A stretch of 64,000 nt of DNA from Stylophora pistillata (lineage: Eukaryota), in assembly GCF_002571385.2 (NCBI RefSeq), contig NW_019217918.1, positions 124,817-188,816 of the forward strand, in the 5' to 3' direction. Both the position numbers and the translations under genes were made by a program. The notes under the pieces are model-generated. The model was not told where the DNA came from. It saw only the letters and a list, made by a program, of their open reading frames with translations, and ran no database searches. This document shows positions 61,201 through 64,000 of the stretch, in pieces; positions within the stretch are counted from its first letter, which is position 1; every line of letters starts with the position of its first letter.

Positions 61201-64000
61201 TACTCCACCAGTTATGTATGTAGGCGTCACATTGTCCGAAAGAAACTGCGGCCTCACCTGTTTTGAGGGTCCAATTTCTTGAAAGATAATAGGAAGAAGG
61301 AAATTTTTCAATGTATTTTTTCATAATTACAAGGGAAATACTGGGGTGGTTAACTAATTACACGCCATAATTAGGTGGATCTCGGAACTCAGGTTTTTCC
61401 TTATCTTTACATTACGGCAGCTTCAAGGAAGTCGGCTCATTTAATGCAATATTTATTCAATCGAAGCTAGAATTTCAAACTTTGATTAAATACGGGGCTA
61501 TTCTCTTGTTAGTTTTAGAAACAATAAAACAACAAAGCAGTTCTGGGATATGTATATGATTTGCTTTCGATTACCTGAAATATAAAACTGGACCAACTCA
61601 ACTCATCATTTGGTTCTCCAACAGAAAAAGGTTTCATTTGTGTTAAATGCTCTACGAAATTCTTTTTTTTTTTTTTACGTTAAAAGTTGGGTCGTTATTT
61701 ACTTTTCCTCAAGTGCTCTTCAGTTCAAAAAGATCAGAATTCCAAATTTGGTCCTCTGAAAACGTTTACATCGATGTATGAATACGTGTTCCTATTACAG
61801 AAATTGACAAAACCAATTTTAGCAAAAAGATCACGCGAATAGTATTTTCAAAGGATAAAACCGAAACTCCTGGATCAAAAATAATTTTTTACGAGACTGC
61901 TTATTTCATGGAGCTCTCAGCTTGCTTTTAACTCAGTTTCCGAGAGGGTAAAGTATTAATTCATCTCACTTAGTAAGATCTCATGTGTGAAATGTCTAAA
62001 TTGCATTACGAAGCGTGGGGATTGAATTTCACAAAACACTCCCATTCCACAAACGGAAGGATGAATTAAACGCAACTGAGTACAAGATGACAACTGCACG
62101 ACCATACTAAACTACAATAGAAATTTGAACGTATTTACTTTTCTCGGTACGTATGAGTGAGTGATAACCGGTTCATTAATGTAAAATAAATATAACGTCG
62201 ATGAAGATAGTCTAAATGCACGTACCGGCGATAGATTTTAAAATTCAGCAGTATACAATATTAAAGCATTGAGCCATTATGTCATATGACAGCTTTTTGC
62301 CGCTTCGTTCTGTCAATTCGTAGACACCGTATGTTCGGTTGAAAAGCGAAATTTAAATACGTAGAAGTTTTAAGAAACAGATAGGTCTTTGAGCTATCGG
62401 ATTACGCCTACACATTTGCCAGATGCATTCGATATCCCAAGTTTCGAAAAACTTCATATTTTTGCTTTTCACCACGTTTTACATTCGAAAGCTTTGTTGT
62501 AAATTTGATCGCCTAATATATCAAGTAACTTCTTTATGAAGACCTATATGAAAGCGCGATAATCTTTTGTCATAGATGTCTTCCCTTTTCGTTTATATAT
62601 TGAATCATTGGGAACTTAAGTAGAAATTTGAGTTTACGATAATGGTCTGAACTTATCTCTTGACGATGTATCTCCTGCACTTATCCCAAAGATATGCCTT
62701 TCGCTGGAATATCGCGTAACATTGAGAAGTTTCGAACTTTTCAAGCGCGTCGCGCGGTGACTTCCATGTTCATCAAATGAATCACTTTGCTAACATAACA
62801 AATATTTTCGCGGAGAACATTTATACAAAAACAATGAAACTGCAAACATGTCAAAAATCGGGCACATCGGGTAAAGGGTAAATATGGAGTCGAGTAAAAG
62901 CCAAGAAAGATCAATATTTGTTGTACACTACTCGGATGATATTTTATGTAGCCTGAGCAAAGTAAACAAGTACGATGCATCTCACCTCTTAAACCATCAA
63001 GGTTGACAAACAATTTTAACAGCTCAGAAATATTTGATCTTCACGCCACGGAACCTGAAAAGGAGAGCAAAACTGTGAACTAAAAACGAGTTTCATAGAA
63101 AATTGAAAGAAATTTTCACCCACCGTACAAATCATCAAACTTCTGCCTATGACACTCACGCAACTCGAGAGAATGCAAGTGGTCTATTTCCTTATTTGCA
63201 TTACGTATTTACAAAGCATTTTCGCGGGGATTTGTGGGAACGAACCTGAATTGTGGGAAAGAAGTTCAAGATTAGAGAACATAGAGCCATTTAACCGCGT
63301 AATACTCTTTCCTCGAGATTTCTAAACATCTGTAGCATTTAAGAAAGGAAAGGCGAACAAAAAAATTCTTACACCGAGATTAAGTATTTCTAATGAAGGA
63401 GAAACAAGCAGACAAGAATATAAACGGGACGTACCAAAATTTGTGACCGTTTCAGTTTATTTCACTCAGGAGTTAGGGTTTTTAGGGCAGGTCATGGAGA
63501 AGGAAATAAGAAAAGAAACATCAAACTCTAGTGATCTCCTTGTCGCTTCTCAAGAGTAATACAAGTGCCGGTCTATTCCTGGAGAGGCTTCAGCTGTAAA
63601 TTAAATATCTGCATAAACATAAAGCAATTCCGACAAGTCAAGGATATTGCGCGGTAAGAAATACCCAAAGAAAGTGGCGTACTAAATTTTTGATATAAGT
63701 GAAAAGCAATCGAGTGCCACTCACTACATCTACAAGAACACTCGTCCTCAGAAATTCTGAACATTATCAAAACACACTTTCAATTCAATGAACGAACGCT
63801 ATGAGAGTAATTTTAGCCCATTTTAAAAGCTTTAATCGAAGTGTTTAAGAAGGCAATTTGTACTGGAAGTTCTTTTTCTATTTACCTTTTAATAAAGGCG
63901 CTAAGTACAGTCTGTAAAACATGGCTGAAAACAAACTCATCGGTTAGTTAACCACACCCTGGGTAAACATGACAACTTCAACACTATTGGTTAGAATTTA

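Noticed and set aside
45000-64000. Numerous 60-140 aa ORFs in the ORF track
   Set aside because: Mostly non-ATG starts, AT-rich composition and no recognisable domains; consistent with chance ORFs in intergenic DNA.

Overview
Eukaryotic, AT-rich genomic DNA. It is most likely from an anthozoan cnidarian (scleractinian coral); this is inferred from the cnidarian-type FoxA protein and the repeat families. Four genes are recognisable: the last coding exon of YLPM1 (978-1097, +); a dynein light chain roadblock gene with an intronless CDS (2476-2799, -); a complete 9-exon EIF3K gene (12019-20381, -, 216 aa) containing a U12-type minor intron; and a single-exon-CDS FoxA gene (43599-44486, -) in a ~37 kb gene-poor, repeat-poor region. 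The left ~27 kb is dense with mobile-element debris: a decayed ~3.9 kb CR1/L2-group LINE with a nested tRNA-SINE and MITE, several MITEs and hairpin elements, a RecQ-like (AcademH-type) helicase fragment and Penelope-type remnants. The most striking non-coding feature is an apparently intact twister self-cleaving ribozyme core at 6975-7087 (+), standing alone with no retrotransposon ORF behind it. Also notable: a 2A/StopGo-like NPGP motif behind a signal-peptide-like leader in the LINE, and a TATA+Inr promoter with a non-coding exon ~4.5 kb upstream of FoxA. All calls were made by eye; no searches were run.
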